From an uncultured Candidatus Saccharibacteria bacterium (GTDB lineage Bacteria; Patescibacteriota; Doudnabacteria; UBA920), in the NCBI GenBank assembly GCA_964505635.1, contig CAZDIP010000001.1, forward strand, positions 40,174-104,173: a stretch of 64,000 nucleotides of DNA, read 5' to 3'. This document shows positions 8,784 to 17,620 of this stretch, one piece after another (the stretch's first letter is position 1; every line of letters starts with the position of its first letter). The notes below the pieces were generated by a model that saw nothing but the letters and a program-made list of their open reading frames with translations, made no database searches and was not told the DNA's origin. A program made the position numbers and the translations under genes.

Positions 8784-9413
8784 ATGGCGGATAACAATCT
8801 AATAGAGAAAATTAACCAAGTTGTCAAAACAAAATTTTCAGGTGAAGGTACGGGTCACGACTGGCATCACATTCAAAGAGTTGTGAAGCTTTCTCGTTAT
8901 ATTGCCGGCCGGGAGAAAGCCGCGGATTTGTTTTTGGTTGAGGTTGTTGCTTTGCTGCATGACTTGGAAGATTGGAAATTTAATTCAAAAAAAGACGCCA
9001 AAGAATTGCCTCAGACCAGAAAATTGTTGGTAAATTTGGGCTTGGAAAATTCAGTTACTCAAAAAGTTTTAAGGAATATTTCTAAAATTTCTTTCAAAGG
9101 TACGGGTAAAAATATTCCGCCTGATTTGGAAGGCAAGATTGTCCAGGACGCGGACAGGCTGGACGCGTTAGGCGCTTTGGGAATAGCCAGAACTTTTGCT
9201 TATGGAGGAAAACTGGGCAGACCGATTTTTGACCCAAAAATTAAGCCCTTTGAATATTTTTCAACCAGCATAAATCATTTTTACGAAAAGCTTTTATTGT
9301 TAAAAAATAGAATGAATACCAAAACCGGCCGGAAGCTTGCAGCAGACAGGCATAAATTTATAATGCTGTTTTTAAAACAGTTTATGAAAGAATGGAAAGG
9401 TAAAATTGTATGA
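8784..9413 (+). CDS. HD-domain phosphohydrolase
   Basis: GHDWHHIQRV...LLHDLEDWKF...QDADRLDALGALGIARTF. The ATG at 8784 is preferred over the TTG at 8775 used in the ORF track. Confidence 0.7.
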   Translation: MADNNLIEKINQVVKTKFSGEGTGHDWHHIQRVVKLSRYIAGREKAADLFLVEVVALLHDLEDWKFNSKKDAKELPQTRKLLVNLGLENSVTQKVLRNISKISFKGTGKNIPPDLEGKIVQDADRLDALGALGIARTFAYGGKLGRPIFDPKIKPFEYFSTSINHFYEKLLLLKNRMNTKTGRKLAADRHKFIMLFLKQFMKEWKGKIV

Positions 9414-9976
9414 ATATAAATAGGCAGCAGGCTTACGGGCTAATGTGCGAATGGGTTGAGTCCGAGGCTTTGCGAAAACATATGCTGTGCGTGGAAGCGG
9501 CCATGCGGGCTTACGCAAAAAAATATGGAGAAAACGAAGAAGAATGGGGAATAGCCGGAATTTTGCATGATTTTGATTACGAAAAATTTCCGGACTATAA
9601 TGCCCAAGAAAAATCCGGACACCCATTTGAAGGCATTAAACACTTGCAAACGTTAAATTATCCCCAAAGCATTATAGACGCGATTTTAGGCCATGCGCTT
9701 TATAGCGGGGTAAAAAGGGAAACAAAAATGGCCAAATGCCTGTTTGCGGTGGATGAGCTTTGCGGGTTTTTGGTTGCCTGCGCTTATTTGCGCCCTGACC
9801 GTTTCGCTTCTTTAAGCGCCGAATCAGTTTTAAAAAAGTTAAAAGATAAAAAGTTTGCGGCTAAAGTAAGCAGGGAAGATATAGATTTGGGCGTGCAGGA
9901 ATTAAATGCGGACAAAAGCGAACATATTAATTTTGTGATTTCGGCTTTGAATAAAATAAGCGACCAAATTTTTTAG
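9410..9976 (+). CDS. HD/HDIG-domain protein
   Basis: EAAMRAY...GILHDFDYEKF...ILGHA. Confidence 0.6.
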   Translation: MNINRQQAYGLMCEWVESEALRKHMLCVEAAMRAYAKKYGENEEEWGIAGILHDFDYEKFPDYNAQEKSGHPFEGIKHLQTLNYPQSIIDAILGHALYSGVKRETKMAKCLFAVDELCGFLVACAYLRPDRFASLSAESVLKKLKDKKFAAKVSREDIDLGVQELNADKSEHINFVISALNKISDQIF

Positions 9977-9977
9977 C

Positions 9978-10886
9978 ATGCAAGAAAACCGGGATTATAA
10001 AAATCAAAATAACGGCGGGGGCGTAAAGAAATTAATTGCCTTGATTGTAATTTTAATTTTGGCTGCCAGCGCTTTTGACTACTACCAGCAGCATAAGGTT
10101 AAAATTAACAGCGTAGCGCAGCAAAGCCTTTCTAAGGCCTCGGAACTGGCGTCCTCGGCCAAAAAGGAAGTTGTTACTCCCGGGGCTTTGCGTTCCAGCA
10201 TCAACGAAACAGGTGCTTATTTAACCAGAGCGGGGACAATTAATTTTACCAATATTGAGAGGCAGCAAAACAATCTTCCGGCTTTGAAAGAAAACAGTTT
10301 GTTAAATAAGGCGGCTCAGGCAAAGGTTAAAGACATGTTCATGGGCCAGTATTTTGAACATATTTCCCCAAACGGTATAGGACCCTCGGGCTTGGCTGAC
10401 GCGGCCGGCTATGCTTATATTGCCGTGGGTGAAAATTTGGCTTTGGGCAATTTTAAAAACGATCAGGCCTTAGTGGAAGCATGGATGAACAGCAAAGGCC
10501 ACAGGGAAAATATTTTAAGCGGAAAATATACGGAAATAGGGGTGGCAGTTATGGAAGGCGTGTTTGAAGGCAAAAAAATCTGGCTGGCGGTTCAGGAATT
10601 TGGGAGGCCGCTTAGCGATTGCCCCTCGGTTGACCAAAACATAAAAAACCAGATAGAGATTATAAAGGCCGAAGCAGAAAGGCTGGAAGCTCAGATTAAC
10701 GCCTTGAAAAGTTATTTGGAAAATACCGAGCCAAAAACCAAACCAGAGGTGGAGGAATATAACCGTAAAGTCGACGAATTTAATAATTTAGTCAGAGCCT
10801 ATAACAATAAAGTGGACTGGCTCAAGAATTTGACCGCTGAATACAATAAACAAGTCCAGGCTTACAATGCCTGCCTGGGACAGTAA
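9978..10886 (+). CDS. CAP (SCP/PR-1-like) domain protein with an N-terminal TM and a C-terminal coiled coil
   Basis: GENLALGNF...WMNSKGHRENILSGKYTEIGVAV is the CAP signature. Confidence 0.6.
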   Translation: MQENRDYKNQNNGGGVKKLIALIVILILAASAFDYYQQHKVKINSVAQQSLSKASELASSAKKEVVTPGALRSSINETGAYLTRAGTINFTNIERQQNNLPALKENSLLNKAAQAKVKDMFMGQYFEHISPNGIGPSGLADAAGYAYIAVGENLALGNFKNDQALVEAWMNSKGHRENILSGKYTEIGVAVMEGVFEGKKIWLAVQEFGRPLSDCPSVDQNIKNQIEIIKAEAERLEAQINALKSYLENTEPKTKPEVEEYNRKVDEFNNLVRAYNNKVDWLKNLTAEYNKQVQAYNACLGQ

Positions 10887-10949
10887 TTTTGATTTTTTGT
10901 AAAATTTTCGTTAAAATATAAAGAGAAAATTGTAAATTAACAAACAAAT

Positions 10950-12098
10950 ATGAAAAAAATAAAAATAGTGTTTTTTGCCTTGCTTTTAAGTTTAAGCGTA
11001 GCGGCTTTAAAAACTGAGGCGGTTAGCCTCGCGGTTCCGGAAAAAGACGACCCAAACGTTGTTGTCGGTTCCGGTCAAAACCCCCGTAATCTTTACGCGG
11101 TTGGCTCTAACGTGACTGTTAATGGCGCTGTGCGTGGAGATTTGGCCTCGGTTGGCGGAATGGTGAGCGTGGTGGGTGACGTAGAACAGGACATTTTAGT
11201 TGTGGGTGGAACATTGACTTTTGGGGGGAAAGTAGGCGGTGACGCGAGAATTTTAGGAGGTAACGTGACTTTTTCTCAAAGCATAGGCGGTGACGTGGCA
11301 GCTTTGGGCGGTAATATTAATTTTACGGAAAAAGCCGAGGTCGGTGGTGATTTGCTGATTGCCGGGGGAAACGTAATTATAGATTCGCCAGTAAAAGGCA
11401 ATGTCACTATTGCCGGCGGCAATGTGACTATAAACAATCAAGTCTACGGGAATGTACAGGTAAAAACTAGCCAAAAGTTGGTTTTTGGATCCAGTGCAGA
11501 GGTTTTTGGAAAAATATCGCACAAAGGTACTAGCCAGGCTTTAATAAAAGACGGAGCAAAAGTTCCGAGCATAAGTTTTGAGCAAATACAGAAACGTGAT
11601 TACAAGGCCGGAATAAAAGCTTTATATACGGCAGGCTTTGTTATTAAATTAATGGCATTGTTTTTTGCCGCTTGGCTGTTTTTAATAATCAGGCCAAAGA
11701 AAGTTTATGACAGACTGCAGTCAATAGTGCAGAAACCGGTTGAATCTTTGGGTTGGGGTTTGGTTGGTTTGGTCGTGTTTCCAATAGGGGTGATTTTGTT
11801 GTTCGTTACTCTGGCGGGTTATTATGTGGGATTAATTGCTTTGGCGGTTTACGTGCTCATGCTCTTAACAGCTTGCGTATACGGAGTTTTGCTTTTAGGC
11901 CATTGGGCTATAAAATATATCAGTAAAAATCAAGGCCAGGCCGCATGGCAGGTGGCTTTACTCGGGGCAGTTTTATATAAGCTTTTGCAGTTAATTCCTT
12001 TTATTGGCTGGCTTTTATTGTTCCTGGTCTTTTTAATGAGCTTGGGCCAGATGGTTGTGGAAATGAAAGAAGCTTTAAAAAACCGGCATAATTTATAA
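10950..12098 (+). CDS. Bactofilin-like beta-helical repeat protein with a signal peptide and a C-terminal multi-TM region
   Basis: Repeated GGDVA/GGNVT/VxGxV units, then 4-5 TM helices. Confidence 0.45.
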   Translation: MKKIKIVFFALLLSLSVAALKTEAVSLAVPEKDDPNVVVGSGQNPRNLYAVGSNVTVNGAVRGDLASVGGMVSVVGDVEQDILVVGGTLTFGGKVGGDARILGGNVTFSQSIGGDVAALGGNINFTEKAEVGGDLLIAGGNVIIDSPVKGNVTIAGGNVTINNQVYGNVQVKTSQKLVFGSSAEVFGKISHKGTSQALIKDGAKVPSISFEQIQKRDYKAGIKALYTAGFVIKLMALFFAAWLFLIIRPKKVYDRLQSIVQKPVESLGWGLVGLVVFPIGVILLFVTLAGYYVGLIALAVYVLMLLTACVYGVLLLGHWAIKYISKNQGQAAWQVALLGAVLYKLLQLIPFIGWLLLFLVFLMSLGQMVVEMKEALKNRHNL

Positions 12099-12111
12099 TT
12101 AAATAGATTGT

Positions 12112-12393
12112 ATGGGGATATTTGATAAACTCAAAGATATTAACGAAATGCGCAAGCAAGCAAATCAAATGCAAGGCTTGCTTGCACAGCAAACCGTAGT
12201 CGGCCAGTCGGGCGGCGGGAAAATAAAAGTTACCATAGACGGCAATATGGACGTAAAAAGCGTAGAGGTTTCGCCGGAAGTAGCAGGAGATAAGTCGGAA
12301 GTGGCCAGACACGTCCGTTCCGCGTTGGAAGATTTGTTCAAACAGCATAAAAAAATGCTACAGAAAAATTTTGGCAACATGCTTCAACAATAA
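12112..12393 (+). CDS. YbaB/EbfC family nucleoid-associated protein
   Basis: 93 aa. MGIFDKLKDINEMRKQANQMQ...GGGKIKVTIDGNMDVKSVEV. Confidence 0.8.
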   Translation: MGIFDKLKDINEMRKQANQMQGLLAQQTVVGQSGGGKIKVTIDGNMDVKSVEVSPEVAGDKSEVARHVRSALEDLFKQHKKMLQKNFGNMLQQ

Positions 12394-13307
12394 TGAAAAA
12401 ATTAGCCATAACCGCAATTACATTGGTTTTCTTTATCGCCGCCAGTCCGGCGCTGGCTTTGCAGTTGCCCTCTACTGCCAATGAATTGGCGCAAACTTTA
12501 AATTTAAATGCCGAAAGTTATATGGTCTCCGATTTTAAAAGCGGAGAAATTTTGTTTTTTAAAGACGCCGACAAACAATGGGTACCCGCTTCTTTAACTA
12601 AACTATTGACGGTTTTAGTCGTGCTTGATACCAAACCCAAATTAAATAAGGCTGTAACCATGTCCAGTGTCGACCAAACGGCCGGTGGTTGCGCGCAGGG
12701 CGGAGCCTGTATTAAATCAAAGCCTGGGGTGAAATTTTCTGTTGACACTCTAATTAAGGCGGCACTGCTTCCTTCGGCCAACAACGCGGCCAATGCTTTG
12801 GCCAGAAGCACTGGGTTTAGCGCTCAAAAATTTGCGGAAAAAATGAACGAAAAAGCTAAAATTTTAGGCGCTAAAAACAGTTATTTTGTAGAACCCACAG
12901 GAATGAGCCCTGAGAACAAAATTACCGCCTCAGACTATGCTAAAATCACTCAGGCAGCCTTTTTAAATCCATATGTAAAAAATATAGCTACAAAAACCAG
13001 CTTGCGGCTTTTGTCTTTAAATAATTCCAAGTACCACCAGACAGTTAAAAATACTAATAAAATGCTGCTGGATCCGGAATCAAAAGTGGTGGCGGCTAAA
13101 ACCGGCTTTATAGATGAATCTAAATATAATTTTTCCAGCTTGGTTAAGACAGAGGGGGGGCGTGAGGTAATTATTACGGTTTTGGGAGAAAAATCTTTAA
13201 ATCAGGCGTTTTCGGAAACCAAGCTTTTAACTTCATTGGTGAAAACGGCCACTGACCTGGCGCTTTTAAAAACTTCCGGCCTAGTTGCCGGCGCTTTAAC
13301 TAATTAA
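12393..13307 (+). CDS. D-alanyl-D-alanine carboxypeptidase (PBP5-type, peptidase S11)
   Basis: SxxK in PASLTKLLT, SxN in LPSANN and KTG in AAKTGF. Confidence 0.75.
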   Translation: MKKLAITAITLVFFIAASPALALQLPSTANELAQTLNLNAESYMVSDFKSGEILFFKDADKQWVPASLTKLLTVLVVLDTKPKLNKAVTMSSVDQTAGGCAQGGACIKSKPGVKFSVDTLIKAALLPSANNAANALARSTGFSAQKFAEKMNEKAKILGAKNSYFVEPTGMSPENKITASDYAKITQAAFLNPYVKNIATKTSLRLLSLNNSKYHQTVKNTNKMLLDPESKVVAAKTGFIDESKYNFSSLVKTEGGREVIITVLGEKSLNQAFSETKLLTSLVKTATDLALLKTSGLVAGALTN

Positions 13308-13323
13308 TGTTTAGAAAAATTTT

Positions 13324-13992
13324 ATGAAGAAGCAAGTCACGGTAAGCATAATAGTTTTATTGGTTTTGGGTTTCGGATTTTTTTTATTCAAGATATCGCC
13401 GCAAACTCAAAACGGAACTAATTCGCAGAATAATTTTAATTTGGGCAATATAGATTCCATGTCCGCGCCTTCGGAAGTCAAAGCTGACGACCATGTTTTA
13501 GGTAATCCGGAAGCAAAAAATACTATTGTGGCTTATGAGGATTTGCAGTGCCCGGCTTGCGCTAATTTTGAACCTATTTTACAAAGTCTTCCCGCAGAGT
13601 TAAAAGACACAAAAGTAGTTTTTAGGCATTTTCCCTTGTTATCTATTCACAAAAATGCTTCTTTGGCCGCCATTGCTTCTGAAGCTGCGGCAGCTCAGGG
13701 GCGTTTTTGGGAATTTGTGAATTTGATGTACAGCGGTCAGGATAAGTGGTCAAACTTGTCTGATCCAAGTCCGGCTATTATAGAAATTGCCAAGCAGTCC
13801 GGAATTGCCAACATAGAGCAGTTTAGTTCGGATTTAAGTTCTCAAAAATACAAAGATAGAGTAGAGAGGGATTTAAGGGAGGCAACAGGCCTTAAGGTAG
13901 GCGGTACCCCGAGTTTATATTTTAACGGCGTACCGCTGGAATTAGGCGGGGTTGAAGCTATTAAACAGCAGGTGGAAAAGCTTTACAAATAA
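13324..13992 (+). CDS. DsbA-like thiol:disulfide oxidoreductase
   Basis: CPAC active site in YEDLQCPACANFEP, with a signal/TM N-terminus. Confidence 0.7.
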   Translation: MKKQVTVSIIVLLVLGFGFFLFKISPQTQNGTNSQNNFNLGNIDSMSAPSEVKADDHVLGNPEAKNTIVAYEDLQCPACANFEPILQSLPAELKDTKVVFRHFPLLSIHKNASLAAIASEAAAAQGRFWEFVNLMYSGQDKWSNLSDPSPAIIEIAKQSGIANIEQFSSDLSSQKYKDRVERDLREATGLKVGGTPSLYFNGVPLELGGVEAIKQQVEKLYK

Positions 13993-14010
13993 AGTATTCA
14001 TAGATCTACC

Positions 14011-14038
14011 AAAACGCGCTTTACTGGCGCGTTTTGAT
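14011..14038 (+). terminator. Intrinsic terminator after the dsbA-like gene
   Basis: AACGCGC-TTTACTG-GCGCGTT followed by TTT. Confidence 0.5.
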
Positions 14039-14039
14039 A

Positions 14040-14068
14040 TTGATTTAGCAGCTGTTTAATGTTATAAT
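14040..14068 (+). promoter_or_regulatory. Sigma70-like promoter (TTGATT-N17-TATAAT) for mnmA
   Basis: Exact hexamer spacing, 9 nt before the mnmA ATG. Confidence 0.45.
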
Positions 14069-14076
14069 CTTTTCCC

Positions 14077-15306
14077 ATGAAAGATAATCAGATAAAAATT
14101 AAAAATAAGGGAAGTGTGCTAATGGCGCTTTCCGGCGGCATAGATAGCGCGGTTTCAGCGTATCTACTAATTAAGCAGGGATATAAAGTACAAGCCGCGT
14201 TTATGAAGAACTGGAGCAGCCAGGAAGGCCTTTTGAAAAATGAATGCCCGTGGCTTTTAGACCGCAGGGAGGCTTTGCGCGTGGCTGCGTTTTTAAACAT
14301 CCCGCTTCATACATTGGATTTTGAAAAGCAGTACCAAAGTACGGTAATGAAATATTTTTTTAACGAATACAAAAAAGGCCGTACGCCAAACCCGGATGTC
14401 ATGTGCAATAAAGAAATCAAATTTAAGCTTTTATATAACTGGGCAATGAAAAACGGGTTTGATTATTTGGCTACGGGACACTACGCGAGAATTAGTAGAA
14501 AGAAGCAAGTAGTAAGTAGCAAGGGAAGGCAAAAAAAATCCATACTACATGCTACTAACTACACGCTACAGCGAAGCCGGGATGAATTCAAAGACCAAAC
14601 TTACTTCATCTATAACATAAAAACAGAGCAGCTGCCGCATGTGCTTTTTCCGATTGGGGGAAAGAAAAAAGAACAGGTGCGCAAAATGGCCAGGAAAATC
14701 GGTCTGCCTAACGCGGAACGCAAAGAAAGCATGGGTCTGTGCTTTGTTGGGAAAATTAGGCTGAAGGATTTTTTAGAGCAAAGGCTAAAAGAAAAAAAGG
14801 GGGAGATAATCTTTTTACCCCCTGCTTCGTCTTTGCGAGGAGTGCGGCCGACGAAGCAATCTTCCCCTAAAGAACAGATTGCTTCGGATGCACTCGCAAT
14901 GACGAAATCAATTATAGGACACCATTACGGCTTACATAACTACACCATTGGCCAGCGTCAGGGTATAAAAGTTGGCGGAAGCGGCCCGTATTATGTAGTA
15001 AGCAAGGATTTAAAAAGCAATACTTTGTTTGTAACTAATAATCCTGAAGACGAGCGTTTGTTTGTAAAAGAAGTACAGATCCATTCTGTAAACTGGATTG
15101 ATTCTAGCTACAAGCTAAAAGCTATAAGCTGTAAGCTTGTCGGAAGGTATAGGCACCAGGGGGAATTGGTTCCGCTAGGCATTTCAAAAATAGACAACAA
15201 GTATTATCGCGTAATTTTTAGAAATCCACAGAAAGCTGTTGCCTCGGGACAAAGTTTGGTATTATATAAAGGTAAGGAATGTGTCGGCGGAGGGGTAATT
15301 GCTTAG
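14077..15306 (+). CDS. mnmA: tRNA-specific 2-thiouridylase MnmA, carrying in-frame insertions
   Basis: PP-loop ALSGGIDSAVSAYLL and the conserved C-terminal domain. Extra segments ISRKKQVVSSKGRQKKSILHATNY and PPASSLRGVRPTKQSSPKEQIASDALAMTK coincide with palindromic DNA. Confidence 0.85.
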   Translation: MKDNQIKIKNKGSVLMALSGGIDSAVSAYLLIKQGYKVQAAFMKNWSSQEGLLKNECPWLLDRREALRVAAFLNIPLHTLDFEKQYQSTVMKYFFNEYKKGRTPNPDVMCNKEIKFKLLYNWAMKNGFDYLATGHYARISRKKQVVSSKGRQKKSILHATNYTLQRSRDEFKDQTYFIYNIKTEQLPHVLFPIGGKKKEQVRKMARKIGLPNAERKESMGLCFVGKIRLKDFLEQRLKEKKGEIIFLPPASSLRGVRPTKQSSPKEQIASDALAMTKSIIGHHYGLHNYTIGQRQGIKVGGSGPYYVVSKDLKSNTLFVTNNPEDERLFVKEVQIHSVNWIDSSYKLKAISCKLVGRYRHQGELVPLGISKIDNKYYRVIFRNPQKAVASGQSLVLYKGKECVGGGVIA

Positions 15307-15335
15307 CTTATAGGATAGACTTGTAATCTTTATAT

Positions 15336-16418
15336 ATGCCCGAGTTTCAAGGTGATATTGACCCGAGTGTTCAAAATCAGGCTTTTACTTCCAAAACTTC
15401 TAAGGTTTCCAGAAGGGAATTTTTTAAGGCAATAGGAGGCGCTGCGGCTTTTTTGACAACCGGAAAAGAAACAGCGGAGGCCCGGCCGCAAAATTATAGA
15501 ACCGGGCCTTTGGCCGGGAAAAAATTTAACGACTTATATAGCGAGTATACCGGAATAAAAGGAGAAGTTCCGGAAGCCGTAACGATTGATTTTAACAGGC
15601 AGCTCAATAATCTTTGGGAGAAAAAGGTCAGGCGTTCCGGCAATAATCCGGTAGTGGTAAAAACCCGCAATGAAGTTTTGGCCGAATATAACCGCACAGG
15701 ACCCGTAAAAACCGATTTAAGCAAGTATTCCGCTGAAATAGGCAGGGTAATTAGTTCCTTAAATTCAACTTTAGATTGGAAGGCTTATGCCCAAAAAAAA
15801 GGTTTAAGCGCGCAAGAAGTTAATTTATTACAGCAACTGTCTTATTCTATTAAAGGTAAGGACTTGGCCGCATATGCCATGACCGAGTTAATGCCTTCTA
15901 AAGACGGGCGGTTAAATCGGGATGTAATGAATTTTTTACTCAGCAACGCGGGAAAAAATTATGTTGAAACCATTCCTGCAATTTATGATAAAAAAACTTC
16001 TTTTGGCCCGTATCAATTTACCGAATACGCGCTTTATGAAGTAGACGGCGTTAGGAGAGGTGCTTCCATTCCCAACCAATTTTTAAGAAGCGGAAAGATT
16101 AGGGATTCCGTAGCCATGCTAAGAGGAACTGACCACCATAAGGCCGCTTATTTGTTTGTTGTAGACAACCTGGCAAATTTGGTAAACCGTTCTACAAAGA
16201 AACAGTTAAATGCCTTGACCCGAGTTTTAAGGGAGAAACACGACGATTTAGTGGCTTACGCGGCGACTGCCCACCATGGTCCGGGAGCTGCCATGAAAAT
16301 AGCCAAAAGGTGGCTAGATAACAACGCCCAATTGCCCTATGAAGTTTCCTGCGGCAGAATCTATAGGCTATACGCGGAAAAAACCAAGGCTAATTTAGGG
16401 GCGCTAAAGAATTTTTAA
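15336..16418 (+). CDS. Hypothetical protein with a twin-arginine-like signal peptide
   Basis: SRREFFKAIGGAAAFLTTG near the N-terminus. Confidence 0.4.
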   Translation: MPEFQGDIDPSVQNQAFTSKTSKVSRREFFKAIGGAAAFLTTGKETAEARPQNYRTGPLAGKKFNDLYSEYTGIKGEVPEAVTIDFNRQLNNLWEKKVRRSGNNPVVVKTRNEVLAEYNRTGPVKTDLSKYSAEIGRVISSLNSTLDWKAYAQKKGLSAQEVNLLQQLSYSIKGKDLAAYAMTELMPSKDGRLNRDVMNFLLSNAGKNYVETIPAIYDKKTSFGPYQFTEYALYEVDGVRRGASIPNQFLRSGKIRDSVAMLRGTDHHKAAYLFVVDNLANLVNRSTKKQLNALTRVLREKHDDLVAYAATAHHGPGAAMKIAKRWLDNNAQLPYEVSCGRIYRLYAEKTKANLGALKNF

Positions 16419-16431
16419 TCACTAAAAATTT

Positions 16432-16593
16432 ATGGTAAAAATTTCGGAAAGCGGCGGAGTGAGTCCCATTCAGGCTATTGAAAAGCCCAGAAACGAGCCT
16501 AAAAATTCAAAACCGCCACAAGAGACAGTAGAAGAAATAAAAGATGTAATTCAGTTGTCCGAAGAAGTTAAAAAAATTTTAGACAAAAAATAA
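16432..16593 (+). CDS. Small hypothetical protein (53 aa)
   Basis: An intact ATG-to-stop ORF, MVKISESGGVSPIQAIEKPRNEPKNSKPPQETVEEIKDVIQLSEEVKKILDKK. It is below the ORF-track length cut-off. Confidence 0.25.
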   Translation: MVKISESGGVSPIQAIEKPRNEPKNSKPPQETVEEIKDVIQLSEEVKKILDKK

Positions 16594-16606
16594 TTAATTA
16601 AAAAAT

Positions 16607-16819
16607 ATGTCACAACCTTTAGAATACAATCCTAATATGGGAGACGAGGAAAGCCACTTGGCAGTAATGGAGAATCGTCTAAATAGCGCAAGGGAAGAAT
16701 TAAGAATTGCGCAGGAATTAGGTAAGCCCACAGAGCAAATATCTGCACTTGAAACTGAGGTTGATAGATTGGCAGAGGAAGTTGAAGAATTTAAAAATAG
16801 TTTGCCAACAGCAGCATAA
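16607..16819 (+). CDS. Hypothetical coiled-coil protein
   Basis: 70 aa ORF followed by a clean terminator. Confidence 0.35.
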   Translation: MSQPLEYNPNMGDEESHLAVMENRLNSAREELRIAQELGKPTEQISALETEVDRLAEEVEEFKNSLPTAA

Positions 16820-16823
16820 AAAA

Positions 16824-16852
16824 TACCCCCTTGAAAAGGGGGTATTTTTTAT
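16824..16852 (+). terminator. Intrinsic terminator (TACCCCCTT-GAAA-AGGGGGTA followed by TTTTT)
   Basis: Seen directly in the sequence. Confidence 0.55.
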
Positions 16853-16947
16853 GCTATAAATATATGTTATTCCTGCCGGTCTAGGGATAGCTGTTGCGCG
16901 CGCGTTGCCGCAATAAAACTTCCGGTAAAGCTCTAAAGGGGGGCTTT

Positions 16948-17445
16948 ATGACAAAGACTGAAGTTGTTTTTATGGCGTGTTTTTGGGTGCTCGGCCTTGC
17001 GGCCTTGAGTACCGAGTGGGGAGGGAGTGCGGAAATGTTCCTTCTGGCTTCGTTCTTGGCTGGCGCGATGTTTGAGATGCTGGGGGAAAATATGCCGCGG
17101 CCCCCGTACTGGAATTTCGTGGGCAGAGGAGCTTTGCGGACTTGGGGGTTTGTTTTTGTCTGCATTCTCGTAATTGTTTTTATGGGTGCGGCAGTGAACG
17201 ACAGGCCTGCGGCCACAGATTTTGTGCGGCAAGCGCTGGGACTCGGAGGTCTGCTGCCCGCCTTCGCGCTGGCTGGCATCGCGTTTTGCTTAGGTCTCGT
17301 AGGGATGGCGGCGGAGGTTCCGAGAAGGATACTTCAGTTAGTGCGAAATCGGTGGCTGGACATACTTTGTTTTGTCTTTGTGTTGACAGCCTTGTACACC
17401 ATCATTCGCGGCGTGTTGTTTTGGCCAGAGCCCGGGCGGCCTTAG
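16948..17445 (+). CDS. Hypothetical GC-rich 4-TM membrane protein (possible foreign origin)
   Basis: MTKTEVVFMACFWVLGLAAL... The longest ORF starts at 16894. An SD-like AAAGGGGGG precedes the ATG at 16948. Composition is markedly GC-rich against an AT-rich genome. Confidence 0.4.
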   Translation: MTKTEVVFMACFWVLGLAALSTEWGGSAEMFLLASFLAGAMFEMLGENMPRPPYWNFVGRGALRTWGFVFVCILVIVFMGAAVNDRPAATDFVRQALGLGGLLPAFALAGIAFCLGLVGMAAEVPRRILQLVRNRWLDILCFVFVLTALYTIIRGVLFWPEPGRP

Positions 17446-17472
17446 AGCCACCCGAACAACCAACTTCAAACT

Positions 17473-17560
17473 ATAAGACCGGCCTTGGGTGCGTCAAGCA
17501 TTCCTACGGCCGGTCTTTGCTATTTTTAAAGGCTCACATGGAGTGAGCCTTTTTGACTAA
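17473..17560 (+). terminator. Two tandem intrinsic terminators (AGACCGGCC...GGCCGGTCT, then AGGCTCAC...GTGAGCCT)
   Basis: Each hairpin is followed by a T-run. Confidence 0.55.
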
Positions 17561-17583
17561 AGGAATTATCAATTGAAATCTGG

Positions 17584-17609
17584 ATCCCGCATCAAGTGCG
17601 GGATGACAG
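17584..17609 (-). terminator. Hairpin (ATCCCGCA/TGCGGGAT) downstream of the hppA 3' end. This is the probable hppA terminator.
   Basis: 8 bp perfect stem immediately 3' of the minus-strand hppA stop. Confidence 0.4.
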
Positions 17610-17620
17610 AACGTAGATAG

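Noticed and set aside
16881-17546. ORFs 16881..17279(-), 16933..17232(-) and 17142..17546(+)
   Set aside because: These are alternative frames over the GC-rich membrane-protein gene and its terminators. Only the plus-strand frame from 16948 gives a coherent TM protein.
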